A stretch of 64,000 nt of DNA, taken from positions 41,852,001-41,916,000 of the forward strand of contig NC_045696.1 of the NCBI RefSeq assembly GCF_009834535.1, written 5' to 3'. The notes under the pieces are model-generated. The model saw only the letters and a program-made list of their open reading frames with translations. It was not told the DNA's origin and did no database searches. The position numbers and the translations under genes are program-made. This stretch comes from Camelus ferus (taxonomy: Eukaryota). This document shows positions 11,821 through 24,922 of this stretch, piece by piece (positions within the stretch are counted from its first letter, which is position 1; each line of letters opens with the position of its first letter).

Positions 11821-12758
11821 TCTCTGTTACACCTAGGAGTTAGTTTGCTGTTCCCTTTTCGCTGAGGAGGTGGACGACCTCGGCCTTGTTCTTTCCTACA
11901 TTTTCAAGCCTAATACTGATCCTGTAACGGGATAGATCGAGGCGATGGAGGGAAAGAGAAATACCTTTGCCTGCCTCCTGGTTTAATCTGCGAGGTATAG
12001 GGTTAGGTTGTCTTTCTTTGAATATCTGCCTTTCTGAGCCAAGCTGTTGCCAGCTTCGCTGCATGCCAGGTATTTAGGTGTCTCAATAGGCTAGCATGAT
12101 TCTTCCTCTATTTCCTTACGATGTAAACTCAGATTACAGCTATCTTTATTCTGTCACCTCCATCTCTCTAAATTGGGGTGTTGTGCATGAAGGAAAAGAA
12201 ACACGTAATCTCTCGAGCTCTCCCGCCGCTTTGTCCTAAGAAGGCAAGTGACTTAACACGTGCGAGCTGATCATAATGTCTTTAGAACGTTTTAAGTACT
12301 ACACTATTCTAACTCTCCCTCAAGTCTTATCCCAGAAAGTATTTAGTATGAGAAAATACGGAAGAGTAATAGTATATGGAGGCAACTGTTAGGACCTAAC
12401 TAACATGTTTAGATTGACTTGGAAACAAAAATTGAAAAAAGTGTAATTAATGTTAGGTTACTTTGGACCCAGAATTTCTTTTTTAAAAAATACGTACAGT
12501 GCTATTACTTGAGCCAGAACTCTTACTCCTTCCCACACCTCTCCCCTTTTGTTTTGTTTTGTTCACTAGTAAAATAGTTTATGAAACAGCAGTTTAAACC
12601 ACGTAGTGCTACGTGAGCGATTTTTTTCCTCAAAAATTGTCTTGGAAATTATCGAGTGAAATTAACATTGAAAAATTAATAGTTTGAGGAAAAACAAAGA
12701 TCTCTAGCTTAAAGAATCTTATCTCGCTTTTAGACTATCTTTTAATTTTCAGAATGGC

Positions 12759-12885
12759 TTTTTTTTTGTTTTTGAGGGGGGAGGTAATTAGATTTATCTG
12801 TTTACTTAACAGAGGTACTGGGAATTGAACCCAGGACCTCTTGCATGCTAAGCATATGCTCTACCAATTGAGCTATCTCCTCCCC
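12759..12885 (-). mobile_element. tRNA-Ala-derived SINE (Vic-1-like)
   Basis: Reverse complement of the full SINE body in PCNP intron 1. Confidence 0.88.
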
Positions 12886-15800
12886 TTCTAATTATTTTGA
12901 CTGAGAGTATCTGAGATGTGTTTTAGTGTGCTGCCAAAATGTACCTTAAGCGTCTGTGTTTTTATCCACCACCCTTTCAGTTGGAATAATTCCCTCTGTA
13001 GGATGAACACTGATGTTTCTATTTTAGCATTTTTGCGGAGAGAGTGGTACAAAATTATCTTTGCTAATTGGTATCAAAAATTTTTAATGTCTCCTCATTG
13101 GTGACTTAAAATGCATAATATCCCTTAATAAATCTATGTAATCTGCCTTGGTATGCCTTCCCTTGCAAGAAAATAGTAGTTTGTAGGTTCCTATAAACCA
13201 TTTTTGAATGTAGGTATTTTTAATGAAATTGTGCCAAGAAATCATAGCTAAACATTTCATGCCATGGATATTGCTAAGTTGATAATTTTGTGGCAAGTAG
13301 GCACTGTTTTAAAACAGTAGGTCTGTAGGCACTGTTAAGTTTGTCTTAGGGGCTTACCTAGAAATTATTCTGATTTTTAACTCCTATTGAATAGTCCAAT
13401 AAGTTGGAAATGTATTTTTTTTTTCAATGAGTAGATTACTTCCATAGTTAACCTTAATTTATGTCGATATGAGAAGCTTCTTACTTGAATTGCTAATGTT
13501 AAGGATAAGGCTTTCCGTAGTCCCCCCCCCCCCTTTGGCTAAATATTTGTAGCTCCTTGAAATAAGTCAAAATTTTAGAGAAGAGCTATTCATATCGAAA
13601 TCACACCCACCTCAGGCTATATAAAATCTACTCTAATGAAATTGACACTTATTTTGCCAGACAGTAGGAGGTTCTTGAATATGTTCTCATTTAAGCTGCA
13701 CACCATTACTATTAGAGAAGTAGGTATGTGCCCTTTTTTTCAAATGAAGAATCTACCAGAATTCAAATGGGTCATGAAGGGTATCCTTATGAACTTAAAT
13801 CTTATTAGGTAATTTTTTTCAAAGTGAGGTACATTTGTACTCCAAGGCTCACCTCTCCTCCCCAACTACTCAATGAAAAAGGAAAAAAAAATGTATAATT
13901 TGATTTCACATTAACTAATCTACATATTTTGTTTGCTCAAAATGAGTTCAAATTAGATAAAAATCTCTTTTATTAAAATACTCCTTGATAAAGAATCTTG
14001 TAATTTGATACAATTTATCCATGTTTTGTTATAAAATGATGTTTTATTTTTTAAAAACTGACCCTGTATTTAGTTGCTCCTTAAAATGTAAGTCACATTG
14101 TTAAAAATGTTCACATAACAAATCTGTGGCCATTCAAAATTTTGTTTTCCGCAGTCCCTAAATACAAAACATTTCATTAAATAAGTAACAGCAGTTCTGG
14201 ATTAAAAGCCCCAAATACTATAGTAGTACAGTGTTGTGTTTAAAGGAAAACACTTAATGGACTTAGGAATTAATGTTTATGTTTAATGGTATGTTTCAAA
14301 GCTCACATTAGGTTGAAGTAATTTTCTAATCAACTATATATAGATTTACAGAAATTGTAATTGCAGTCACATTGATAATAACATAGATTTGGCTGTCATA
14401 TTTCCCATCTTCATCTCTTTCTTCCATTTGCTTTATTTCCTAAATGTTTTGTGTATTTTACTGCATAGTTGTTGGAAGAGGATTACTTGAAGAGAAAATA
14501 CAGCTCCAATCCATGTGACAAATTGAGCCATTTAAGGCTAAGTAATGAGTACTGTTAGTGCATTCACCTTCCTTCACTCCATCTCCCATCCCTTCCCTGA
14601 AGAGTAGATTTTTTTAAAGCTATAGAGTATTTACATTTGCTTTAAAACAAACAAACAAAAGGTGATGGGGAGCAAGTCCAGTTATTTGCTATGTCCAGAA
14701 ATAAATTGTTGGATCTAGAATCAGTCATGTGTAGAAATGACCTAATAGACATGTTTAATCTTCAGAGTGAAACTGAGGTGTGGGTGGTCTTAATAGTTTG
14801 CTTCTTCAGATGGCAGGGACACAAATGTAAATAAAATTGAGTTGCTGCTAGCTGACTGATTAATGGTAAAGTAGTTTTCCCAACTCTCCTGTTCATACTA
14901 CCTTTTTCTAGAGCAGTCACTATAGAAATCTGCCTTGCAGCATGATAGAATTGGAAAATAGTATAGTTTTCATGTATTAGTACATACTAGTTCAGCTGGT
15001 TATCACAATGTTATTATTAATGTTATAGTAAGAATTAAGTCTTTCACCTTTTCTCATATTTATGCTTTGATTTTTCTAGATTCTTTGTCCATAATTATTC
15101 TCTGGGTAAAAAGAGACCCAGAATTAAGAAAAGATAGGTTTCTAAAGAACCAGGAATTTTGACTAATAGTCCATGTGTCATATTTCAAAGAGCAGGGTTA
15201 TAGTACAATCAAGACTAAATGTTCTTTATACTGTTTGTTTTGATGTTTTTCAGAGTTTGTGCTTGCACAGAACTTGTTTCTTTAGTGTATAGATTACTTC
15301 TGTATGTGAATCCAGTGGGTTTTTTATATGTTTACATGTGTTCCAAAATGTAAAGCCAGTGAATTTTCAGTTTTAGCTATGTGTCAGTCACAAAGAAGTA
15401 GTTATCATTGTTTTGGTTTTACTGTAAAATTCATGTTTGATTAAAACTATAAATAGAATGCAGAATAAAATTTAGCATAAGTGCTTTTAGTGATAAACTT
15501 AGACCTTAAAAAAATAGTGTTTGTATAATACTCTTTTTTTAAATTCTATATTGAGTTCTATATTTCAAATATTGAATGGCAATTTTACATTCTTTATGTG
15601 CTTTTGTAATTTTACATCTAAATAAGTGAATGGCACCTCAGGCAACCATTCCAGTACTATCTTTGCCTCCTTGGGGAAATCCCAGAACCTAATCCTGCTT
15701 AATTCTTCCCCCACATTGTTATTACAACTTTCACCCCATATCTAAAGGTAACAAAGAGTTCCTTTTCTTTCCCTCTAAACAAAATCAAATGTTCTGTTCA

Positions 15801-16934
15801 AGGTGCTTATTAATATAGCAACCCCATCATTCCAAAACTATATAGATTGGGATCTATAGCCTCCTGCCTTTTAATTCACCACTTGTCCTCTGTTTTTCCC
15901 CCTATTCTAGCTTTTTGTCCTGTTTTCTTAACTGTTGTCAGGGCCATCCCTTAGAGGATCTTCTCTTTCCCTATAAATAAACCATTCATTCAGTGTAGCA
16001 AAGTACATTCAGAAGAGTAAATTGGTAAACTTGGGGAAGAAAATAAAATTCCTAATAATCAGCTTTCTTCAGTCTTACCTCCCAATATATTCTTAAATAG
16101 CCTTCATCTGTAAGAGACCTAAGATATTCAAGATGTGAACTGATTTCATCATTGATTAACGTAAACAGAAGCAAAATTACTGAAAGACGTCTTGCATTCC
16201 TTATCTACATATGTATGCCTTCTGTTTGAAATTTTCATTAGCTCATCTTCCTTTCATGAGAAAAAAATGTGTAAACCTAAGTATGACTGTAGGTAGCTCT
16301 CAAGGGTAGTTTAAACAGATGATAACCAAGCTCCAAGAGCAGAATTAAATTACTCAGGAAGGGATGACCTTCAAGTTCTTTTTCAACTCTAAAGATGGTA
16401 TGAGATGTACATGAAGAACACATCACTCAAGAAAATAACTCCAGGCTGTACTAACATTGTAGTTTGAGTAATAGTGGGCTGTTCATAACAAGGTACTTTG
16501 TATAACTAGTAGCATATTATTGAAAAAATTAGACTTTATTAGTCAAATGTATTATTCTGTGTTGTGACTAATTGCTAACAAACTACTTTTTATAGAAGAA
16601 TTTATGTCTTTATTTATGAAAAGCAAAAATCCCACAAATAACTTGATTATTGTACAACTTACAGTGTTTAGTTGAAGGGTCTTTTTGTGAACTTTGTATT
16701 TATAATTTTAAATTGCTCTGTATTTTATGCTAGTTAATTCATGGGAGCCTTTTCTACTGCCACACAATCTCAGTTCCTGCTGTATACTCTAACAAACAGT
16801 GGAAGAGACTGTTGGGTCAGTAGGTGACAACTGCAGAGGTATCTTCCTAATAACGATGCTTTTTGAGGTTGCTGCTCCCATCAATCTGCTCAGTAAAAAT
16901 AGCTCATCTTGGTAAGTTGTTTCGACTTCACCAG

Positions 16935-17149
16935 GACCTGAAGAAGAAGCAGAAAAACCTGTGAAAACTAAGACTGTTTCTTCCAGTAATGGAGGGGAAA
17001 GTTCCAGTCGCAGCGCTGAGAAGCGATCAGCTGAAGAAGAAGCTGCAGACCTCCCAACAAAGCCTACAAAGATCTCCAAGTTTGGATTTGCCATAGGTAG
17101 TCAGACAACAAAGAAAGCCTCAGCCATATCCATCAAACTTGGCTCAAGT
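16935..17149 (+). CDS. PCNP: PCNP exon 2 ([13 protein letters not shown]...ISIKLGSS)
   Basis: Acceptor ccag|GA, donor AGT|GTGAGT, 215 nt, phase-compatible with exons 1 and 3. Confidence 0.95.
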
Positions 17150-20085
17150 GTGAGTTAATTTATATATTACATTCGTAATAGGTCTTAGGAATTTGTTTTG
17201 GAAACCTACTTTGACTGGATTATGATAAATTAAGTATAAAAAGATACATTGCTGCATGAACCTGTATGTAGGTATTTAAGAAATTATTAGCTCTGTATTC
17301 AAAAAAGATCTGGGTAAGTTATAACTTGTTAAAAGGAATTTTCAATATGAGAAGAAGAATATATGATTATAAAGTAATTGGTTAGAATTTCCTGTGTTGA
17401 GCAAAACCTCTGAAAGATATTTTCAGAAAGAATTTCAGTTTTTTTTTCTTACCTTTAAATTTTGGTAATATTAAAAATAATATCTCTAGAAATCAGTTAT
17501 TTGTATTTTAAAAGATTAGTATTAGTAAGGTATTGATTGATAAGAAGAGCTTCCTGATTACCTTACTTTGGAGCTACAAATGGACATTGAATACTCTGTA
17601 TTCTAGGATAGTAGTCCTTTACAGATCAACTTTTTATCCCTTGTAAGATGTCAGCCTTGAATTAGTACTTAATGAACCTTGGAGTGTCTGGAAAGTATTT
17701 GAAATATTAGATTGAAGTTTCGAGATTTGACAGTTTCTGACCCACAGAAGTGATAACTTTGTGTGGTTCCACTAAATAGATCTCTTCTTTAAGAAAAAGA
17801 AGTTTACTTGAATAGTGTATTGCTGTTGACTTTAGAAAAGAGTTATATGTAAGGAGAATAATCCTAAAATTGCTTTTAAGGTGTTTATTCAAGTCTGTTC
17901 TGTGAAAACTAATGCTAAGTTGCCAGATACATGCAGCTTTATTTCTTTTTCATTATGTGTCATTCAGAGATCTTAAAAATATGGTAGATATTAGGTTCCT
18001 ACTAGAGACAGTATGTTTGGGCTGCACTTCTAGTTTTAAAAGAGACACCATTCCTCAGAACCCTCACTCCTACCCTGTGTTGTTTGCCCTTTTCCTTTGC
18101 TTCCTTTTTCTAAAAAAAAAAATCAGTCTGAACAAAAGACATTCAGCTTGTAACTTCATTATTTCATAACTAGTCTCCCTATTTGAGCTGATTCTTTTGG
18201 TTTAATCTGTTTTGTATAAAGATCATTGACATGGTTTAATAACTGCTGATCATTTTAGTTGGGAGTATTGTGCTTGAAAAAGCCTATTCAGTAAAACTTT
18301 TTAATATTTAGAAAACAAAAACCTATGTTCATGAAATAAACCAAAGTGTAAACATAATCTTCTTGGCGAAGTGAGATGTAGGATATAAAAACTAGTTAAA
18401 ACTGTTGCTTTTGATTATATGATGTGATAAGATAGTTTATCAACCAACAAATACTTATTTGTGTCTTACATTGTATGTACAACATCAGATATATGACATC
18501 TTTTAAGAGTAAAGGGTGTTTCTGGAGTTACTATGCATATTCTCCAAATGAACATTTTTTATTCCTTCAAAAGCAGATATTATTTATAAAAAGTGTTTGT
18601 GTGTGCTATATAAGAAGGGGTGGTTAATTTTGTTTCAGCAGCTTGGAGAAGATTTCACTGATGTGGTGATGCTAGAGTTGGCCTTAAGTGCAGGCAGAAG
18701 GTAAAGGGACATCTCAGATAAAAAGAACTTCATGCAGAGGCAGTTTAGATGTGAAGCTGCATGATGCATTCAGGAAATTGTTCCTGGTTAGAAGGTGTTA
18801 GGTAGGCAAATGTAGGGATAGAAAGCTCCCCAAATAAGACGATAGGACCAAATCATAAAGGACTTGTACTCCAAAATATAGTTTGGGTTTATTCTTTAGA
18901 TTCTGGAGGAGTCGTGGAACCATTATAAGGAGTGTCAACCCTTAAACAGGTGTGCATTTTAGAAAAATGACTCAGGTACCAATATAGAGAATTAGAGGGG
19001 AAAAAAACAGATGGGGAGATGGTATTTTTAACAGTAGTTCAGGAGAGTGATGCTAAGAGGCCTTAGGTGCTGGTAGTGTGGTAGTAAAAGGCAGAGGCAG
19101 GTTTAAGTCTATTTAATAGAGATCTAATTAGCAGGACCTTACAATAGAACGTGCAAGTTGAAGAAAAGGTTCTCTGGCTTGGGTACTTGAGGACACTGAA
19201 ACTACGGTACCCCTGGGAGCTCTAAGTGGAGCTGTCCAGTAGGCAGATGACATCTGTTTGGGGTAGACATAGGATTTGGTAGTTAAAACTGGGAGTAAAT
19301 GAAGTTGACGAGGGAAGTACAGAAAAGGAAAGATCACTAAGGACAGAATCTTGGGTATCTATCATTTAAGGGAGGAACAGGAGGCAAGGAAGAGCAAGAA
19401 CAAGAGGTCAGAGAATTAGAAGAATAGCCAATTAAAAGCAGTGTCACAGAAGCCAAAGTAAGGGTGTTTTCAAAAAGGAGCTGGTGATTAGTCAAATGTA
19501 GCACCCTAGTCATTGGTGACTATAGAATCAGGGTCACTTGGTTCTAGGTGAGTGGGGAATCATGGGAAATGGTGAAAGAGGAAGCCAGGTTGCAGTGGGT
19601 TGAAGGCTGACTGGTGGTGAAAGGCTGGAGATAGGACAATGTAGTTCAGAAACCTCGGTTAGAAGAGATGGTGTGGATGAAGCAAGTTTACAGGCTGAGG
19701 GGTAGGAAGCTAGCTACTAGAGAAGGATGAGTCTTGGTGTCTTTCTCAAGACATGCTATACTTAATGTTACTATGAGAGTATTAATGTCCATTTTCTTTT
19801 ACCTGTACCAGGTACCTTTTAGCTTAATGATATTAAATTATAGATCCTAGCTATAAAATCTTTACAGGAGGAAAACAAACAGATATAATTAATAAAGTAA
19901 AACCTACCCATTGTTAACCTACATTTTAAAAGAGAGAGAATGGATTTCTCCAAAGTCTGTTCTTAGTTCCTTACTATATGTTTCTATGAAAATGTAAAGT
20001 TGAATCTTTGATGATAAATTACTCATATTGTTAAAATAAGCCTTATAAACACTATGTGATACTCTTTTTAATGTTTCTTCTTCAG

Positions 20086-20160
20086 AAGCCTAAAGAAACC
20101 GTTCCAACTCTTGCTCCAAAAACCCTTTCAGTAGCAGCAGCTTTTAATGAAGATGAAGAT
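20086..20160 (+). CDS. PCNP: PCNP exon 3 ([25 protein letters not shown])
   Basis: ttcttcttcag|AAG ... GAT|GTAAGT, 75 nt. Confidence 0.95.
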
Positions 20161-22069
20161 GTAAGTCAATACTTGGTTTTTTTTATTTTAACCAATTCTT
20201 TAAGGAAGATATTAGTGGCAAATTGTCAAGTTGTATTATGGTACTAGTGAATTTTCTTTGAACTCTGAACAGTTTGTTGTTGTTGTTTTAATGACACCTG
20301 CAAAATCTGGATTGTTTTTTTAATTTGATTGTAGGGTCATTTAAAATACTGACTGCCAGATCTGCTCAATACACATATGTTCCAGAATGAGCATAGGATG
20401 CTTACCTGCTCTTCTCTTAGGCAGTCCTAGTTCTTCTGTGCCCCTCACAATGTCCTTCTCTTACCGTCCTTGTGAATGACACAGGGAATTTTAAGCATAA
20501 TTATGACTATGATTTTTTTCCTTAGGCTCTGACTTTAGAACCTAACCCTCACTTAAGATGTGACCCCAGTGTATAACAGTTACAGGATACCTGAGCAATC
20601 GCTCCCTAAAGCAGTGTGGATAAGAATTATACATTCAGAGGAGCACAAACTGGGGCTGGAGTGATTGGGAAGAAGATATGAGAAGAAATAGATAGGAGTT
20701 GGGTACTAAAACATTAGACAAGGTTTTGACAAACCAAGTAATAGTTTTGTAAGCTAAGACATTAGCCTTCAAATCACACATGGTAAATGCTAAGCAGCTA
20801 TATTTGACAGGACTGGAGGTTTTTGTAGAAAAGTTTTAGGCAAGGATAACTATGGAATGATTGGAGCCCGGATGAATGGGTAAATAATTGCTGTTATCTC
20901 TATTCTTCTTTGGACTTTTACTCATTCTACACATTTGAGTGCTTTCCATATGCTAGGTACAGTGAGATTACAAAGATAAATCAGACATGTTCTGGGAACT
21001 CAGCCTAGCAGGGCAGGGACTTAAACATAAAATAGTACGAGATAAAAGTTAAAAGTACCTGAAGAGATGAAATGATAGAGATTCAGGTAAGGAAGAGGGG
21101 CCCAGTAACTAGTTGCTGCTAGACTGGTGATGGGAAGACCTGGATTCTTTTCCTGCCCTGTCCAGTTATTAACCAATAGAAAACCTGTGGATAAATAACT
21201 TTACCTTTTTGGAGCCTTAGTTTTTCAGCTGTAAAATGAAGACTAAATTTAGATGACAGATTTTTAAACTTTCTCAGAGTTCCAGGGTTCTGTGGGAATG
21301 TCTCAGGAGCTACTGTGGTGTTAGGTGATGGTTAACAAGCACAGTTCCGGCCTCTTGCTCCTGTTTCACTTATATCTATTCTTTTATCTGTTTGGTGCTT
21401 GGGAACTCAAGTAATGTTTTGTTGAGGAAAATGTATTTAATTTCCCATCCCCCATAAAAAAGTTTGAAAAGCACTAACCTAAATTATATTTAATGTTTTC
21501 TGTCATCTCTAACATTCTTAAGAGATTAGTTAGCATTTTGATATTTACAGGTTGTATCAGGGAAGGACAGTATAGGAAAGGGAACAGCCTGTGCAGAAGT
21601 ACAGAGGCTGGGAATTGTAAACACCTACCTAATGGTAATGGCTTACTTTGCCTAATGAGTTGAATCTTTTCATGTAACTTTATCTTACCTTCCATATATC
21701 CCTGTGAATTGTCTGACATAATTATTCCTGTTTTGCAGATGGAGAAATTAAGTTAAACATGCATGAGTATGTTTTAATGCATATAAGTATTGAACCAGAA
21801 TTTAGGTCTCTGGTTTCTTGTCCTGTGTTCTACTGTTTTCCCTGTTTTGAAAGAAGTTTTAGACAGGTTCAGACAACACTCTTTCTGCTATAAGATGGTA
21901 ATGGTAGTTAAGGATAAAGTTGTCTCTTAGGTAAAAGAACACTGGCATCTAAAAATCTTCATCTGGTTCTTCCTTTTTCTGCAGAACATAGTTAAGTAAC
22001 CTTAGATGTGTATCTAAGGTTAAGTCTGAAAGATACTGGACAAAGAGGGCATTCATTTAATTAATTAAT

Positions 22070-22720
22070 TTTGAATTTCAGTTGTATCTCTTTAGTCTCT
22101 CATTTTGCAGAATTCCCAGGTGTTCTGTGTATTTTATGGCAGTAACATTTTTGAAGAGTGCAGGCCAGTTAGTTTGTAGAATGCCTCTCGGTTTGGATTT
22201 GTCTGATGTTTCCTCATGATTAGATTTACACACCTTTCAGCAGGCAAACCACAGAAGTGATCCCAAGTTCTCAATGTATCATATCAGGGAGCACATGCTG
22301 TCAGTATGTCCCATCACTGGCAGTGTTAACTTTGGTCATTTGCTTAAAGTAATGTCTGCCAGATTTCTCTACAGTCAAGTTACTGTTTCACCATGTGTAA
22401 TTAAAATTATCTTGTGGGGATATTTTTTAAGAATATGTGAAAATATGTAATTTCTTAAGCATTCACTTGTGAGTGTTAACATTCATTGATGATTCTCACT
22501 AGAATCAAGTATTATGATGTTTGCCCAATGGTGATTTTTCTCCTTCTTTCATCCCCTTTATGTTTGTTAATTGTCTCTTACTGTAAGGAAGAGCTCTTAC
22601 TTACTCATGTAAGTGTAGGCTCGTGGGTTCTTTCTTCATTCAACAGTCCATAAGGCTCAAATTGCCTCACATTTGACCAGTAAAAACCCCATGAAGCTGG
22701 ATCTTGCAGATGCCCGTTTA
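22070..22720 (-). mobile_element. Old L1 (L1MC-like) 3' fragment
   Basis: Homologous to the segment at ~27100-27630 (gatgtttcctc.tgatta.att, tctgccagat); resembles L1MC 3'UTR. Confidence 0.55.
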
Positions 22721-23266
22721 AACAAGAATGTTTAGCTGAGCAGTAACATTTATACATAAAAACAACTAAAAGGCACTTGTCACTTACCTTTTCACTAGCA
22801 ATAACTATGAAAAAGTAGTGAATGAACTTTGAAGATGTCTTTATAGTGAAGGAGACATTTCTGAGAGCCAGCCATACAGTAAAGTGGTTAAGAGCTTTTG
22901 CTCTGGCATCCAACTATCTTGCTATTTATTAGCTTTGTGACTAGACAAGTTAACCTTGTTTATTACCTCACTTACAAAATGCAAATGATGATGCTCGTAC
23001 TCACCTTGTAAAATCGTTAGGGTTTTAAGACATGGTGCATATTAAAGCATTTAATGCAATGTGTAGCTTATAGTAAACAAATGACTTTAGTTCTAGAATA
23101 TCAAAAAGTTTTTACCAGACTTTTTTTCTTTATACAAAATCAGCACATTGGAAGCATGAATTTCTTTTTAAAATGTAATTAAGATAAGCGATTTTCTCTT
23201 TTTACCAAAATTTATGGACTTAGATATAAAATTTAGCATTACTGGTAATCATGTGAATTTAATACA

Positions 23267-23504
23267 CAGTTGACCCTTGACCAGCACGAGTTTGAAATGC
23301 ATGGGCCTACTTACACACAATTTTTTTTTTTTTTTTCAGTAAATACGTGCTAGAGTACTAGGCTATCCGAGGTTGGTTGAATCCTCAGGTGCAGAACCAT
23401 GGACATGGAGGACACAACTATAAAGTTGTGTACAGATTTTTGACTATGAAGGGATAGGAACAGTGTTAGTGCCCATAGCCCCCACTTTGTTCAAGGATCT
23501 ACTC
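23267..23504. mobile_element. Tigger2-derived MITE (MER8/Tigger2a-like)
   Basis: TIR CAGTTGACCCTTGA at the left end and degenerate TTCAAGGATCTACTC-TA at the right end; ~238 bp. Confidence 0.75.
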
Positions 23505-23551
23505 TATCTATATGCAGTCATTTCTGTTTCTATCTTATTTTTTTTCTCCAG

Positions 23552-23607
23552 AGTGAACCAGAGGAAATGCCTCCAGAGGCAAAGATGAGGATGAAGAATA
23601 TTGGAAG
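23552..23607 (+). CDS. PCNP: PCNP exon 4 (SEPEEMPPEAKMRMKNIGR)
   Basis: ttttttctccag|AGT ... GAAG|GTATTA, 56 nt. Confidence 0.95.
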
Positions 23608-24795
23608 GTATTAAAATTTTTGTATAATATTGTAGAAAATTATAGTGAATTAAGAGCAAATTGCAAATTGCACATGATCTATTAGTGTTCAGGCTTTCCT
23701 TATATATTTTGGCAAAACAGTTTTGTTTTCTGAGTTATCGGTGATCTTTTCTATCCTGGTAAGAGAAAATGAGTATTTTTAAAAAATAACAACAACTTAA
23801 GGCTGTTTCTTTTCAGATACATAGCATGTATATTTTTTCAAATAAACAGTTATGAGAAATGTTTCTGATTTAAAATTAAAATCAAGTTTTTTCCTGGTAT
23901 AAAGAAATGGTTATCACACATCTCACTTAAAAAATATCATTCCTGCCAGTTAATCTTGGTTGTATGTGTCCCTTTTTCCTTGATAACTAGATGCCAAATA
24001 TCAAAATAAGACAAAAACATTTTTTCCATTGTTTCTGTTATTGTGGAAATAACATTAATTTCAAGTTTACACCATGTTCATTTTCCTGTCTTTGTATGCA
24101 TAAATGGATAATTTAGAGGCTAGTAAGAAAGTTGGGCTTCAAAACAATTTATACTGTGTCCTCATTTCTACTAAATGTATATCCTCCTGAAGAACTAAGC
24201 GCTAAGTATTCAAACATCAGTCTTCAGACTTTGTCTGTGATTCAAATGGGAACAGACCCATGGCTGCCTTCCTGCCTGCCTTTTACACTGGGACCTAGAG
24301 TAAGAAATACATCTGACATTATAACCTAGTCTAAACATCCAGAATACATATATCTGCATAACCTAAGCACGTGCAATTGAAACAGAAGTTCGTAAAATGA
24401 ACCTGAATTGTGTGTGTGAGATACATCTTCATGTTTTTTCTTCTATCTCATTTTTTATAAATACTGATGTTAAGCCACCAAATGATTCCATGACCCTGTT
24501 AATGGGTTACAAGCAGTTTTTTTAAACTGTAGTGTTTGCCACCAATAGCTGTTAACGGAATCGCCTTAAATGTTTGTTAAACCTAAAGATTTACCTGGCT
24601 CCTCGTCAGGTCTTCTGAATCTGAAACTTGAGTACTGGGGCTGGAAAGGATATTTTTTAAAAGTTCTGTAGTGGCTTCTGATGTTTGGCCTGCATTTATA
24701 GTAGGCACTAAGTAAATGTATTTTGAATGAGTTAAAAACATGGCCCAAAAGGCATTATATATAACATTTTAAGTAAATTTCCTTTCTTTTAACAG

Positions 24796-24922
24796 GGATA
24801 CACCAACATCAGCAGGACCAAATTCCTTCAATAAAGGAAAGCATGGGTTTTCTGATAACCAGAAGCTTTGGGAGCGAAATATAAAATCTCATCTTGGAAA
24901 TGTCCATGACCAAGACAATTAA
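24796..24922 (+). CDS. PCNP: PCNP exon 5 coding part ([18 protein letters not shown]...HDQDN*)
   Basis: ctttcttttaacag|G; TAA at 24920-24922. Confidence 0.95.

Noticed and set aside
11092..11865. 257-aa ORF and overlapping ORFs
   Set aside because: CpG-island read-through; only 11314-11377 is supported as PCNP exon 1.
14440..14560. Possible cryptic exon in PCNP intron 1
   Set aside because: Acceptor-like ctgcatag present but no convincing donor.
16741..16881. ATGGGAGC...GCTCCCAT terminal stem suggesting an intronic snoRNA
   Set aside because: No correctly placed C/D or H/ACA boxes recognised.
16789..17094. 101-aa antisense ORF over PCNP exon 2
   Set aside because: Shadow of the coding exon; no independent support.
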